From NCBI GenBank assembly GCA_947491825.1, contig CANLLM010000005.1, forward strand, positions 1 through 47,917: a stretch of DNA of 47,917 nucleotides. Direction: 5' to 3'. The stretch is from Bacteroidota bacterium. GTDB lineage: Bacteria; Bacteroidota; Bacteroidia; UKL13-3. The number at the start of each line of letters is the position of its first letter. Position 1 is the stretch's first letter. Made by a program: the position numbers and the translations under genes. Below, piece by piece: positions 33,572 through 43,544 of this stretch. The notes beneath the pieces are model-generated. The model was given only the letters and a program-made list of their open reading frames with translations, was not told the origin of the DNA and made no database searches.

Positions 33572-34216
33572 ATGAGTTTACAAGTGCTATTCGAAGACAA
33601 CCACCTTATTGCGGTGGTAAAAGAACCAGGGCAAACGGTTCAGCCAGAACCCGGCAAACCAACAAGTTTGGAGGATGAAGTTAAGTTATATATTAAAGAA
33701 AAATACAATAAACCTGGTGATGTTTTTTTGGGTGTGATACACCGACTTGATATGCCTGTAAGTGGGATAGTTTTATTTGCGAGAACAAGTAAGGCATTAA
33801 CACGTATGAACGAGTTGTTTAAAAATCGTAAAATTGATAAAATATACGAGGCTAAAGTAGAAGGAAAGCCATTACACGATATAGATACCCTCACTCATTT
33901 CTTAGTAAGGGATGAAATCAAAAACGTAACAAAAGCGCACATAAAGCCCGTTCCAAATTCTGAGAAAGCAACTTTAAGTTTTGAAGTTAAATACGTAAAT
34001 AACAGTAACTGTATTGTACGTATAAAACTACTTACTGGCCGTAAACACCAAATACGTGCCCAATTAGGTGCAATTAAATGTCCAATCATTGGTGATGTGA
34101 AATATGGCGCAAGCAAGCGTTTAGATGATAAAAGCATTGCACTTACAGCTGTTGAACTATCTTTTGAGCATCCGGTAACTAATGCTCCTATTAAAATAAC
34201 TTATCAAGCACGTTAA
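33572..34216 (+). CDS. RluA-family pseudouridine synthase
   Basis: HRLD catalytic motif, TGRKHQIR, PIIGDVKYG. Confidence 0.93.
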   Translation: MSLQVLFEDNHLIAVVKEPGQTVQPEPGKPTSLEDEVKLYIKEKYNKPGDVFLGVIHRLDMPVSGIVLFARTSKALTRMNELFKNRKIDKIYEAKVEGKPLHDIDTLTHFLVRDEIKNVTKAHIKPVPNSEKATLSFEVKYVNNSNCIVRIKLLTGRKHQIRAQLGAIKCPIIGDVKYGASKRLDDKSIALTAVELSFEHPVTNAPIKITYQAR

Positions 34217-34330
34217 TTTATGGAAATTTGAGTTTGTGTGTTGGAGACAATTCGAAAACTGAAAACCATAAACTTTTCTAACCTTGATTCTGCTTTATTA
34301 AAGTGAAGAACGTCTTAAACAGATAAAAAC

Positions 34331-34369
34331 AAAAAATCCCTCAACCTAAAACGATGGAGGGATTTTTTT
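34331..34369. terminator. Bidirectional terminator between the RluA-family gene and rpsU
   Basis: AAAAAATCCCTC...GAGGGATTTTTT. Confidence 0.8.
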
Positions 34370-34387
34370 ATGTTTTACTAGATTAAA

Positions 34388-34582
34388 TTAACCTTGAGCT
34401 TCTTGTTGAAGGTGTAATTTATAAGCTGCTCTAATTCGTTTGAAACGGTTTTTAACGCATGGCTTAGTAAATTCTTTACGCTCACGCATTTCCTTCACAA
34501 CACCAGTCTTTTCGAACTTCTTTTTGAACTTCTTAAGTGCTCTATCTAATGATTCGTTTTCTTTAACGTTTACAAATATCAT
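34388..34582 (-). CDS. rpsU: 30S ribosomal protein bS21
   Basis: ENESLDRALKKFKKK...FTKP, 64 aa, Tyr54 present. Confidence 0.97.
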   Translation of the reverse strand: MIFVNVKENESLDRALKKFKKKFEKTGVVKEMRERKEFTKPCVKNRFKRIRAAYKLHLQQEAQG

Positions 34583-34592
34583 ATACTAAATT

Positions 34593-34602
34593 ACCTCCTT
34601 TC
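34593..34602 (-). promoter_or_regulatory. Extended Shine-Dalgarno of rpsU
   Basis: Minus strand GAAAGGAGGT, 10 nt upstream of the ATG. Confidence 0.85.
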
Positions 34603-34633
34603 CTTTCAATCTCTTTTATTAATAAAAGGTCTG

Positions 34634-34664
34634 CAAAATTAGTTCGATTTATTAATTTACCAAA
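34634..34664 (-). promoter_or_regulatory. rpsU promoter
   Basis: Minus strand TTTG - 19 nt - TAATTTTG. Confidence 0.7.
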
Positions 34665-34672
34665 CAATTAAA

Positions 34673-35839
34673 TTAATCTCTAAGTATATTGCGGGCTATA
34701 ACCAATTTCTGAATTTCACTGGTTCCCTCACCGATGGTGCAAAGCTTAGAGTCGCGGTAAAATTTCTCTACTGGAAAATCTTTGGTATAACCGTAACCTC
34801 CAAAAATTTGTACTGCTTCTGTAGCTGCATAGACACAAACTTCACTTGCATAATACTTGGCCATAGCACTCTCTGTTGTCATAGGTTTGTGCTTCATTTT
34901 TAAATCCGCTGCTTGATAAGTCAATAATTCCGCTGCTTCAATTCGAGTGGCCATATCTGCCAACTTAAATGCAATAGCTTGAAAGCTTGCTATCGGCTGA
35001 CCAAATTGTTCCCGCTCTTTCGCATATTTTAAAGCGGCCTCGTAACTTCCTTTAGCAATTCCTAAACTTAAAGCAGCAATAGAAATACGTCCGCCATCAA
35101 GTATCTTCATTGCTTGCTTAAAGCCCTCTCCTACTTCACCTAAAACATTGGCTTTAGGGACACGACAATCTTCAAATATTAACTCAGCAGTTTCGCTGGC
35201 ACGCATTCCCAATTTATTCTCTTTTTTACCTCCTTTAAACCCTGGTGTTCCTCGTTCAACAACTATCGCAGTAATGCCACTGCTATCTAAAAGATCTCCG
35301 GTTCTAACTAATACAACAGCCACATCACCTGTAATACCATGTGTAATCCAATTTTTTGTTCCATTTATAATATAATGGTCCCCATCTTCTTTTGCTACGC
35401 ATTGCATACGCATCGCATCACTTCCTGTATTGGCTTCAGTTAGCCCCCAAGCGCCAATCCATTCTCCAACAGCTAACTTAGGCAGCCATTTTTTCTTCTG
35501 CTCATCGTTACCAAATTGTAAAATATGCCCTGTGCATAAAGAGTTATGAGCGGCCATAGATAAGCCAACCGAACTGCAAACCTTTGCTATTTCTTGAATA
35601 GCTGTTATGTATTCGAAATAACCCAAGCCTGCGCCTCCATATTCTTCGGGGACCAGAACACCCAACAAACCTAATTTACCCATTTCTTGCATGGTAGCTT
35701 TAGGGAAAATCTGTGCTTCATCCCATTCCATAACGTATGGCCTTATGTGTTTTTCTGCAAAATCTTTAGCCATTTGAGCCACCATTTTTTGATTTTCAGT
35801 GTGTCCAAATCCCAAACCGGTCATACCTTCATTAGTCAT
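34673..35839 (-). CDS. Acyl-CoA dehydrogenase
   Basis: GLTEANTGSD, NGTKNWIT, QIFGGYG, IGEGTSEIQ. Confidence 0.96.
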   Translation of the reverse strand: MTNEGMTGLGFGHTENQKMVAQMAKDFAEKHIRPYVMEWDEAQIFPKATMQEMGKLGLLGVLVPEEYGGAGLGYFEYITAIQEIAKVCSSVGLSMAAHNSLCTGHILQFGNDEQKKKWLPKLAVGEWIGAWGLTEANTGSDAMRMQCVAKEDGDHYIINGTKNWITHGITGDVAVVLVRTGDLLDSSGITAIVVERGTPGFKGGKKENKLGMRASETAELIFEDCRVPKANVLGEVGEGFKQAMKILDGGRISIAALSLGIAKGSYEAALKYAKEREQFGQPIASFQAIAFKLADMATRIEAAELLTYQAADLKMKHKPMTTESAMAKYYASEVCVYAATEAVQIFGGYGYTKDFPVEKFYRDSKLCTIGEGTSEIQKLVIARNILRD

Positions 35840-35943
35840 ATTGTATTTTTAAGTTGCTGCAAATATATAAAAAACACAACGCGGCAATCATTCTAATTGT
35901 TTTTGTTAGTAACCAATATTCAGCCATCTATTATATTCGCTGC

Positions 35944-36543
35944 ATGAGAGCTGTATTGAGTATACATTATTTACCAAATGTTTTATGGATGCGCCACTTA
36001 TTAAACGGCAATGCAATAATTGATGTTCATGAACATTTTGTAAAACAAACCTATCGAAACCGAACCACAATCTTATCGGCAAACGGCCCATTATCACTTG
36101 TAATACCTGTGCAAAAAACAGCACACAAAATGTCAATACATGAACTTAAGCCCGACAATACCATTCATTGGCAACGCCAGCATTGGCAGAGCCTAAAATC
36201 AGCTTATGGTTCCGCTCCTTATTTTATCCATTATGCGGATGCATTCGAGAATCTGTATTCTACAAATACGCAAAGCGTGCTTCAATTTGAAGTTGATTTA
36301 TTGAAACTATGCATGAAATATTTGAAAGTTAATGTGCAAGTAAATTTAAGCGATACTTATATTGCATGCATGCCAGGTGACATAGACCTTAGATACCAGA
36401 TAACCCCGAAAATTCATGCTAACGAAACTTTTAAGCCATACTTGCAAATATTTGCAGAGAAATTCGCTTTTGAACCTAACCTAAGCGTCATAGATCTGCT
36501 ATTTAATCAAGGCCCGAGGAGTATTGATTACATAACCAAGTAA
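35944..36543 (+). CDS. WbqC-family protein
   Basis: KQTYRNRT..ANG..L.IPV, SAYGSAPYF, NLSVIDLLFNQGP. Start moved to ATG 35944. Confidence 0.85.
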   Translation: MRAVLSIHYLPNVLWMRHLLNGNAIIDVHEHFVKQTYRNRTTILSANGPLSLVIPVQKTAHKMSIHELKPDNTIHWQRQHWQSLKSAYGSAPYFIHYADAFENLYSTNTQSVLQFEVDLLKLCMKYLKVNVQVNLSDTYIACMPGDIDLRYQITPKIHANETFKPYLQIFAEKFAFEPNLSVIDLLFNQGPRSIDYITK

Positions 36544-36549
36544 GCTAAA

Positions 36550-37200
36550 TTATTTTTTTTTCTGATAAGCGCCATTTTTCCATGCGTTAAAAAATTGTCC
36601 CCAGGCAAATGGATCAAAAATTCTGTTAGGAGGAAGTTGGCCATTGTAATAATATCGATAAGCCTGTTGTTGTGCAGTATAACGTTGCGATTCAACCCCG
36701 TCCATACTCATACTTTGAGCAATATTTTCGAGTGTTTTCTTTCTTAAATTACGCGTTGATGCTTCATAGTAAGCATCAGGGATGGTTGCCTTTACAAAAT
36801 AATAATCAAATTCATCAGGTGTTGGATAGGAGCGAATAACGGCAGTATTTAAAAACACGGTATCTTCTGTCATAGGTTGAATGATGCTGTATTTAATACC
36901 TTTCAAATTTTGAGGCATCGCATACTCAATAGCCTTATAACCGATAAAGCTAAAAACTACCGTATCTGTTTTTTTAACAACAAAGGAAAAAAAGCCACCT
37001 TCATCAGTAAATGTTCCTTTATTGGTATTTTTTATACGAATAGAAACCAAAGGTAAACCCTGTAAGCTATCAACAGAAACAACTAATCCTGAAAGTTGAA
37101 TCAGCTCATGAATTTGGGTTGGCGCAGGTTGTTGAGCCTTGAGTAAACAGGGTATCATTAAAAACACATACGTTAATGCTAAAACAAAGTTTTTTTTCAT
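36550..37200 (-). CDS. Secreted protein with a carboxypeptidase-like regulatory (DUF4480-type) domain
   Basis: Signal peptide, SGLVV...GTFTDEGGFFS...FSFIGY motif. Start moved to ATG 37200. Confidence 0.75.
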   Translation of the reverse strand: MKKNFVLALTYVFLMIPCLLKAQQPAPTQIHELIQLSGLVVSVDSLQGLPLVSIRIKNTNKGTFTDEGGFFSFVVKKTDTVVFSFIGYKAIEYAMPQNLKGIKYSIIQPMTEDTVFLNTAVIRSYPTPDEFDYYFVKATIPDAYYEASTRNLRKKTLENIAQSMSMDGVESQRYTAQQQAYRYYYNGQLPPNRIFDPFAWGQFFNAWKNGAYQKKK

Positions 37201-37207
37201 GATGGCT

Positions 37208-38389
37208 TTAAAAAATAAACCCAACTACAATACAAAGTATTACCACCAAAGGGCTTGGCATTTTGGTGGTCAATAATAAGAATAAAGTACCTAAAAGTAC
37301 CAACATATTAGGCTCGTTTACCTGTATCGGTTCAAATAACAAATAGGCGGAAGCCAAAACTAACCCTGCGGAAGTGGCATTAATACCTTCAATCGCATTT
37401 TTTATAGGAGAGTAATTTTTCACTTGGGCCCAAATAGGATATACAAAAAAAATTAATAGGATACCAGGCAAAAAAATAGCAACTGTACCAATCAAGCCTC
37501 CAACAACTTGCCCCCAAATACCCCATTCATTCAATGCCATAGCACCGGCATATGCACTAAAACTGAATACCGGTCCTGGCGTTGCTTGTAACATTCCTAC
37601 TCCAGCTAAAAACGAGTTGGGCTCGATATAGTGCTTAAACTCCACAAATTGATTATACATCATTGGTATCAATACATGCCCTCCTCCAAAAACAATACTG
37701 CCAAAACGATACGTATTTTCAAACAATAAAAAGGCTTTGTTTTTGGTTAAAGCGCCCAATATGGCTGCCAGCAAAAAGACGCCAACAAACAAAGAAAAGT
37801 TTTTCCAAAGTATATTTTTAATAGGCTTAACATCCCGGTAATTTGCCTTGTTAATTTGGGAAGACACAAATCCACCAACCAGCAGTATAAGAGGAAAAAC
37901 CAAAGGGGTTTCGATAACGATTGCTAGCACTGTAGACAAAACCATTAAAACCCAATGGTGTATTCTTTTAACAAACAAATTTTTGATTTGATAAGCCGCA
38001 TAAATTATGAAACCAACTGCCATAGGCTGCAAGTACTTTAAAAAATCAAGTTTAGGATTGGTAATATCAAACAATGATAATAGTATGGCAAAACTTAGCA
38101 TGAGCATACTAGCAGGCAATACCCAAATAGCTAATGTTATAAAAGCTAAACTAGGCCCACCAATACTGTATCCAATGGCAGTAATGGTTTGGGTTGATGT
38201 TGGGCCTGGTAACATACTGCATAAAGAATTCAACTCTTTTAACTCCTCTTCAGTTACATAGTTTCGTTTTAACACAAAAACCTTATGAAACTGAGTAAAG
38301 TGCATTTGAGGACCACCAAAAGCAGTTGCCGCCAGTTTTAATATATCCAGTAGATATATAAGTATTTTGATTTGCTTATGTTTTTGCAA
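37208..38389 (-). CDS. chrA: Chromate ion transporter (CHR family, long-chain)
   Basis: Two homologous halves with AFGGP/VFGGG and LPGP/TPGP motifs. Confidence 0.9.
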   Translation of the reverse strand: MQKHKQIKILIYLLDILKLAATAFGGPQMHFTQFHKVFVLKRNYVTEEELKELNSLCSMLPGPTSTQTITAIGYSIGGPSLAFITLAIWVLPASMLMLSFAILLSLFDITNPKLDFLKYLQPMAVGFIIYAAYQIKNLFVKRIHHWVLMVLSTVLAIVIETPLVFPLILLVGGFVSSQINKANYRDVKPIKNILWKNFSLFVGVFLLAAILGALTKNKAFLLFENTYRFGSIVFGGGHVLIPMMYNQFVEFKHYIEPNSFLAGVGMLQATPGPVFSFSAYAGAMALNEWGIWGQVVGGLIGTVAIFLPGILLIFFVYPIWAQVKNYSPIKNAIEGINATSAGLVLASAYLLFEPIQVNEPNMLVLLGTLFLLLTTKMPSPLVVILCIVVGFIF

Positions 38390-38989
38390 CTTTAAGAAGC
38401 TTAATAAATCTAAATTAACCTTACCTACACCAAAGCTAGCAAATTATTTGAAGTTAATAAAAATTAGACCATATCTATTTTTCACATTATACTAATTTGG
38501 AATATGGCAAGTTCAACTCAAACTCTTGCAAGAGCCTAATTAACTGCATTTTAGCAAATAAAATAGCAAAATTAACCGCACTATAAAAGCTGTTTTCACC
38601 TTTTATGGTTTAATCATTATGAAGAGAAATTGCTTTTTTAGATTTATGAATGGGATGATGAAATATCTTAATCCATGACTATTTTAGTTTTTGCTACCTT
38701 ACTCTTGTGTGCTCACAAAAGATAATATTCTGACTGACTCAAATATTAAACCAATAAGATTATGGAGCAATAAGGGACAAATGGTGTACTGAAGGTTTAC
38801 CTTTTCAAAACAACAATTAGGTGTGCTTTTTCAAGTGCATTTAATCATTTAATTATCCAATGTCAATAATTTGAGGGGATTAATAATTAAAACGCTAATA
38901 CTATCGTAGGTCTAGGGTTTAATGTGAATGTTTAGTTTCCAAACGAAGCTGCTGCTTAAGACTTTTTTATTAAATTTATGATGATGATT

Positions 38990-39757
38990 TTAACGCTTAA
39001 ATCCTTGAAGTTTTATTTGGGTAAGCCTGCGTTTTGTGTCTTCGGCAAAATCTCCATTCATCATCCAATCATAGTAGCCAAAATCGGTCTTAAATACTTC
39101 TTGTACCAGCTTACCCTTATGCTTACCAAAATTAAAAACAGGAATACCATCCTTATTATAGATAATACGCCCTGCTAAATCCACGTTCTTATCCTGTTTG
39201 GTAAAGTTGTGTAGAAACTCTACATCGTTTTCCAAATTTTCATATCTTTCAATTTGTGCCTTTAACACCTCAAGCGTAGCTATAGTATCAGCCTCGGCAC
39301 TGTGGGCATTAATCAATTCTTTGTTACAATAAAACTTATATGCAGCAGTCAATGTACGTTGTTCCATCATGTGGAAAATACGCTGGGCATCAACAAACCT
39401 TCTATTTTCAACATCAAACTCAACGCCTGCTCTCAAAAACTCTTCTACCAATAAAGGGAAATCAAATTTATTAGAATTAAATCCGGCAAAATCACACCCC
39501 ATAAATTCCTCTGCCAATTCCTTGGCTTTTATTTTAAACAATGGAGCCTCTTTTACATCATCATCGTAAATACCATGAATTAAACTTACCTCAAGTGGTA
39601 TCGGTATTCCAGGGTTAAACCTTAATGTTTTAATTGTCTCGGTACCTTCAGGCATTACTTTTATGAAGCTAAACTCAACAATTCTGTCAAGATTTACGCT
39701 TGTTCCTGTGGTTTCTAAATCAAATACCACCAGTGGTCTTTTTAAATGTAGTTTCAT
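38990..39757 (-). CDS. DEDDh 3'-5' exonuclease (DNA Pol III epsilon-like)
   Basis: FDLETTG, GFNSNKFD, AHSAEAD, C-terminal FNFGKHKG. Confidence 0.9.
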   Translation of the reverse strand: MKLHLKRPLVVFDLETTGTSVNLDRIVEFSFIKVMPEGTETIKTLRFNPGIPIPLEVSLIHGIYDDDVKEAPLFKIKAKELAEEFMGCDFAGFNSNKFDFPLLVEEFLRAGVEFDVENRRFVDAQRIFHMMEQRTLTAAYKFYCNKELINAHSAEADTIATLEVLKAQIERYENLENDVEFLHNFTKQDKNVDLAGRIIYNKDGIPVFNFGKHKGKLVQEVFKTDFGYYDWMMNGDFAEDTKRRLTQIKLQGFKR

Positions 39758-39788
39758 TTTATTGCTTATTTATGATCGATAGAAACTA

Positions 39789-41135
39789 CTAGTAAACGCC
39801 TGTGTAGTTATGTGGGGTAATTTTTTTTAACTCTAATTTTATTTTTGCGTTCACTTTTAACTTATCAATAAACGCATGTAAATTTTTTTGATTTATTTTT
39901 ACATTGGTGCGCGTTAAATCTTTTAACGCCTCATATGGCTTAGGATAACCTTCGCGTCTTAAAATTGTTTGAATAGCCTCTGCACATACCGCCCAATTTT
40001 CTTCTAAGTCATTGTGTATGGCTTTTTCATTTAACAATAATTTCCCCAACCCTTTAAGTAAACTATTATAAGCAATTAAAGTATGAGCCAATGGAACGCC
40101 TATGTTACGCAATACAGTTGAATCAGTTAAATCCCTTTGTAAACGAGAAATTGGAAGCTTTGCTGATAGGTGCTCAAACAAAACATTGGCAATGCCTAAA
40201 TTCCCTTCGGCATTCTCAAAATCTATTGGATTTACTTTGTGAGGCATTGCAGATGAACCCACTTCCCCTTTTTTTAGCTGCTGCTTAAAATATTCCATTG
40301 AGATGTATTGCCAAAAATCACGACTCATGTCCAACAAAATAGTGTTTATACGCTTATAGGCATCAAACATAGCAGCAAGGTTATCATAGTGCTCAATTTG
40401 CGTTGTATATTGGCTTCTGGTTAAACCCAATCCATCAAGGAATTTATTACTAAAATCAACCCAATTAATTTTACCATAAGCCACATAATGTGCGTTAAGA
40501 TTACCAGTTGCACCGCCAAATTTTGCACTGTAAGGAATACTTTTTAATTGTTCAATTTGTTTTTCTAATCGCTCAACAAATACTAAAATTTCTTTACCCA
40601 ATTTGGTGGGCGTTGCCGGTTGCCCATGGGTATGGGCTAGCATTGGAATATGTTTCCAGTCCTTAGCTAAGGAGTTCAATTTTTTAACCACTTCAGATAA
40701 AGTTGGTAACATACATTGAACGTTGGCATCCATTAAACTAAGTGGAATGGCAGTATTATTAATATCTTGAGATGTTAACCCAAAATGAATAAATTCACTG
40801 ATATCAGACAAACCCAAGGCTTGCATTTTTTCTTTAATTAAGTATTCAACCGATTTTACATCATGATTGGTAGTTTTCTCCATTTCTTTTACACGGATGG
40901 CATCTTGCTCTGTGAAATTTGTATAAACCTCACGTAAGACTTGTTTATCGGCCACGCTTATTTTACCCTTAATCTGTGGAAGGGGTAATTCTGCCAACGC
41001 GATAAAGTACTCGATTTCCATGAGTACACGGTATTGAATAAGAGCGAACTCACTGAAGTACAAACCCAATTGTTCGGTTTGTTTGCGATATCTGCCATCA
41101 ATAGGCGAAATAGCGGTTAGTATCGAAAATTCCAT
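39789..41135 (-). CDS. purB: Adenylosuccinate lyase
   Basis: SPIDGRY, TNHDVK, GSSAMPHKVNP, SRLQRDLTD. Confidence 0.98.
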   Translation of the reverse strand: MEFSILTAISPIDGRYRKQTEQLGLYFSEFALIQYRVLMEIEYFIALAELPLPQIKGKISVADKQVLREVYTNFTEQDAIRVKEMEKTTNHDVKSVEYLIKEKMQALGLSDISEFIHFGLTSQDINNTAIPLSLMDANVQCMLPTLSEVVKKLNSLAKDWKHIPMLAHTHGQPATPTKLGKEILVFVERLEKQIEQLKSIPYSAKFGGATGNLNAHYVAYGKINWVDFSNKFLDGLGLTRSQYTTQIEHYDNLAAMFDAYKRINTILLDMSRDFWQYISMEYFKQQLKKGEVGSSAMPHKVNPIDFENAEGNLGIANVLFEHLSAKLPISRLQRDLTDSTVLRNIGVPLAHTLIAYNSLLKGLGKLLLNEKAIHNDLEENWAVCAEAIQTILRREGYPKPYEALKDLTRTNVKINQKNLHAFIDKLKVNAKIKLELKKITPHNYTGVY

Positions 41136-41325
41136 ATCGCGAAAATAACCTATCTAAAATAATATTGAAGTTTAAGTTTTTAACACATGATCAATTATCA
41201 GGTTAATGCCTTTTGCCGCTTAAATAAATTTAGTATCCATTAACATAAAGGTTGTAATCCTTATTAAAAAACATGTTTACTTTGTTTGCAATAAATCATC
41301 TTTGTAAAATCAAAATCACACCTAT

Positions 41326-43095
41326 ATGAAACAATTTTTTAAGTTTATGTTAGCTTCCGCATTAGGGGTTATCATCTCAGTATTTATTTTGTTTTTTTTA
41401 TTCGCAGCTATAATCGGTGGCATAGTATCATCAGCTAATGATGATAAACATCAAACAATAGAAGCTAACAGCGTTTTAATGCTGAAATTAGATCACATGA
41501 TTGCCGAGCGTACCAGTAAAAATCCATTTGAGCAGTTTAACTTCAACACATTTGAAAGCAATAAAACTACTGGCCTAAACGACATCTTAAAAGCGATAAA
41601 TGGAGCCAAAGAAAATGCCAACATCAAAGGCATATACTTAAACTTGAGTATATCACCTAACGATTATGCAACGCTTGAAGCAATTCGTGCTGAACTGATT
41701 GATTTTAAAACCAGTAAAAAGTTTATTGTGGCTTACGGTGAACTCTTGGAAGAACACTCCTATTATTTGGCAAGTGTAGCTGATGAGATTTTTTTAAACC
41801 CATCTGGAGAATTACTCATGGATGGATTTAGCAGTACCACCCCATACCTAAAAGGAATGTTTAATAAACTTGGAATTGAACCGCAACTTATTCGCCATGG
41901 TAAATTTAAATCTGCAGGAGAACCATTAATTGCTGATAAAATGAGCGATGCAAATCGAGAACAAACAGAAGCTTACCTCGGTAGTATGTATGATAATTTC
42001 GTGAATGCCATTGCAAAATCCCGTAAAAAAACTGCTGATGAAATAAAACAAATGATAGACAATCTATCTATTCAAAGCCCAGAAGATGCGAAACGTTTGG
42101 GCATGATTACAGGAGTATTGTTCGAAGACCAGGTAAATGATATTTTAACAAAGAAAGTAGGTGTAGATAAATTTGATGATATTGAAATGGTTTCTGCTGC
42201 AGAATTAGCAAAGACAGTAAAAGGTGAACCATACAGTGTGAAAGAGAAAATTGCTGTGATTTATTGCATTGGAGACATTGTAAGTGGTAAGGGTGATGGT
42301 CAAACTATGGGATCAACAACCATAGTAGAGAGTTTGCGCAAAGCAAAAAACGATAGCAATATTAAAGCATTGGTATTGCGTATAAATTCTCCTGGAGGTA
42401 GTGCAATGGCAAGCGATGTAATGTGGCGTGAAGTTGTACTAACCAAAAAAGTAAAACCAGTTATTGTATCGATGGGAGCCACTGCTGCTAGTGGTGGTTA
42501 TTACATTGCTGCACCTGCTGATGTAATAGTTGCAGAACAAAACACCATAACAGGAAGTATTGGGGTATTTGCATTATTGGTGAATGCACAAAAATTAATT
42601 GAAGAAAAACTAGGTGTTAACATGGAAACTGTTAAGTTCGGACAATATGCTGACATGGGTACAGCGAACCGCGCATTAACAAAAGCAGAACAAGCCATAC
42701 TTCAAAAATATATTGATAGAATTTATACCGATTTTATAACCAAAGTTGCTGAAGGCCGCAAGTTAACCTTGCAGCAAGTAGATAACATTGCTCAAGGGCG
42801 CGTTTGGAGTGGAAGCGATGCGAAAAAAATTGGCTTGATAGACGAATTTGGAGGACTGAATAAAGCCATTCAAATTGCAGCCAAAAAAGTAAACTTAACA
42901 GAATACAGGATCTCAACATTCCCGGAACAAAAAGAACCCTTTGAACAATTCATGGAAAGTATTGGCGAAGAGGCTACAACTTTTATGGCCAAACAAAAGT
43001 TTGGACAACAATATGAGTGGTATAGCCAAATTGCTAAACTAATGAAATATGAGGGAATGCAGATGCGTATGCCTACTATCATAGATATAAATTAA
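41326..43095 (+). CDS. sppA: Signal peptide peptidase SppA (long form)
   Basis: N-terminal TM, GKFKSAGEP, RINSPGGS, AASGGYY, TGSIGV. Confidence 0.96.
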   Translation: MKQFFKFMLASALGVIISVFILFFLFAAIIGGIVSSANDDKHQTIEANSVLMLKLDHMIAERTSKNPFEQFNFNTFESNKTTGLNDILKAINGAKENANIKGIYLNLSISPNDYATLEAIRAELIDFKTSKKFIVAYGELLEEHSYYLASVADEIFLNPSGELLMDGFSSTTPYLKGMFNKLGIEPQLIRHGKFKSAGEPLIADKMSDANREQTEAYLGSMYDNFVNAIAKSRKKTADEIKQMIDNLSIQSPEDAKRLGMITGVLFEDQVNDILTKKVGVDKFDDIEMVSAAELAKTVKGEPYSVKEKIAVIYCIGDIVSGKGDGQTMGSTTIVESLRKAKNDSNIKALVLRINSPGGSAMASDVMWREVVLTKKVKPVIVSMGATAASGGYYIAAPADVIVAEQNTITGSIGVFALLVNAQKLIEEKLGVNMETVKFGQYADMGTANRALTKAEQAILQKYIDRIYTDFITKVAEGRKLTLQQVDNIAQGRVWSGSDAKKIGLIDEFGGLNKAIQIAAKKVNLTEYRISTFPEQKEPFEQFMESIGEEATTFMAKQKFGQQYEWYSQIAKLMKYEGMQMRMPTIIDIN

Positions 43096-43102
43096 TTGCC
43101 TA

Positions 43103-43137
43103 AACGCCCAACCTGAAAAGTTGGGCGTTGTTTTTTT
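43103..43137 (+). terminator. Intrinsic terminator after sppA
   Basis: AACGCCCAAC-ctgaaaa-GTTGGGCGTT plus T run. Confidence 0.85.
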
Positions 43138-43184
43138 GAATATTATTTACGAATTTCACCCATGTAAACCCAACCCCGTTTTAT

Positions 43185-43544
43185 ATGAGAGTGACAAATT
43201 GCCTAACCTGCAAAGTTGAGTTGCGTGGCCGTTCAGATAAGAAATTCTGTGATGATCAATGCCGAACTACATACAATAATAAAAAAAATACAGATCCCCT
43301 TTGGGTTAAGGAGATTACGGCTGCACTAAAGAAAAACAGGAAGATAATGAAAAATTTGGTGCCAGAAGACATTGGGAAAATAAAGATATCTCAAAAAAAA
43401 CTTTTAGCCAAGGGATTCAACTTTGGTTATCATACGCATACCTACACAACAAAAGCTGGATCGAATTATTTATTTTGTTATGAATATGGATACTTGAAAA
43501 TTGATAATGAAAATTACATGCTTGTAAGAAGAGCTACAGATTGA
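43185..43544 (+). CDS. Conserved hypothetical protein with an N-terminal Zn-ribbon
   Basis: CxxC...GRSDKKFCxxxCR, GFNFxYHTH, FCYEYGY. Confidence 0.75.
   Translation: MRVTNCLTCKVELRGRSDKKFCDDQCRTTYNNKKNTDPLWVKEITAALKKNRKIMKNLVPEDIGKIKISQKKLLAKGFNFGYHTHTYTTKAGSNYLFCYEYGYLKIDNENYMLVRRATD

Noticed and set aside
37208-38389. chrA as part of a metal-resistance island
   Set aside because: Single gene among housekeeping genes, with no chrB/chrC or mobility genes nearby.
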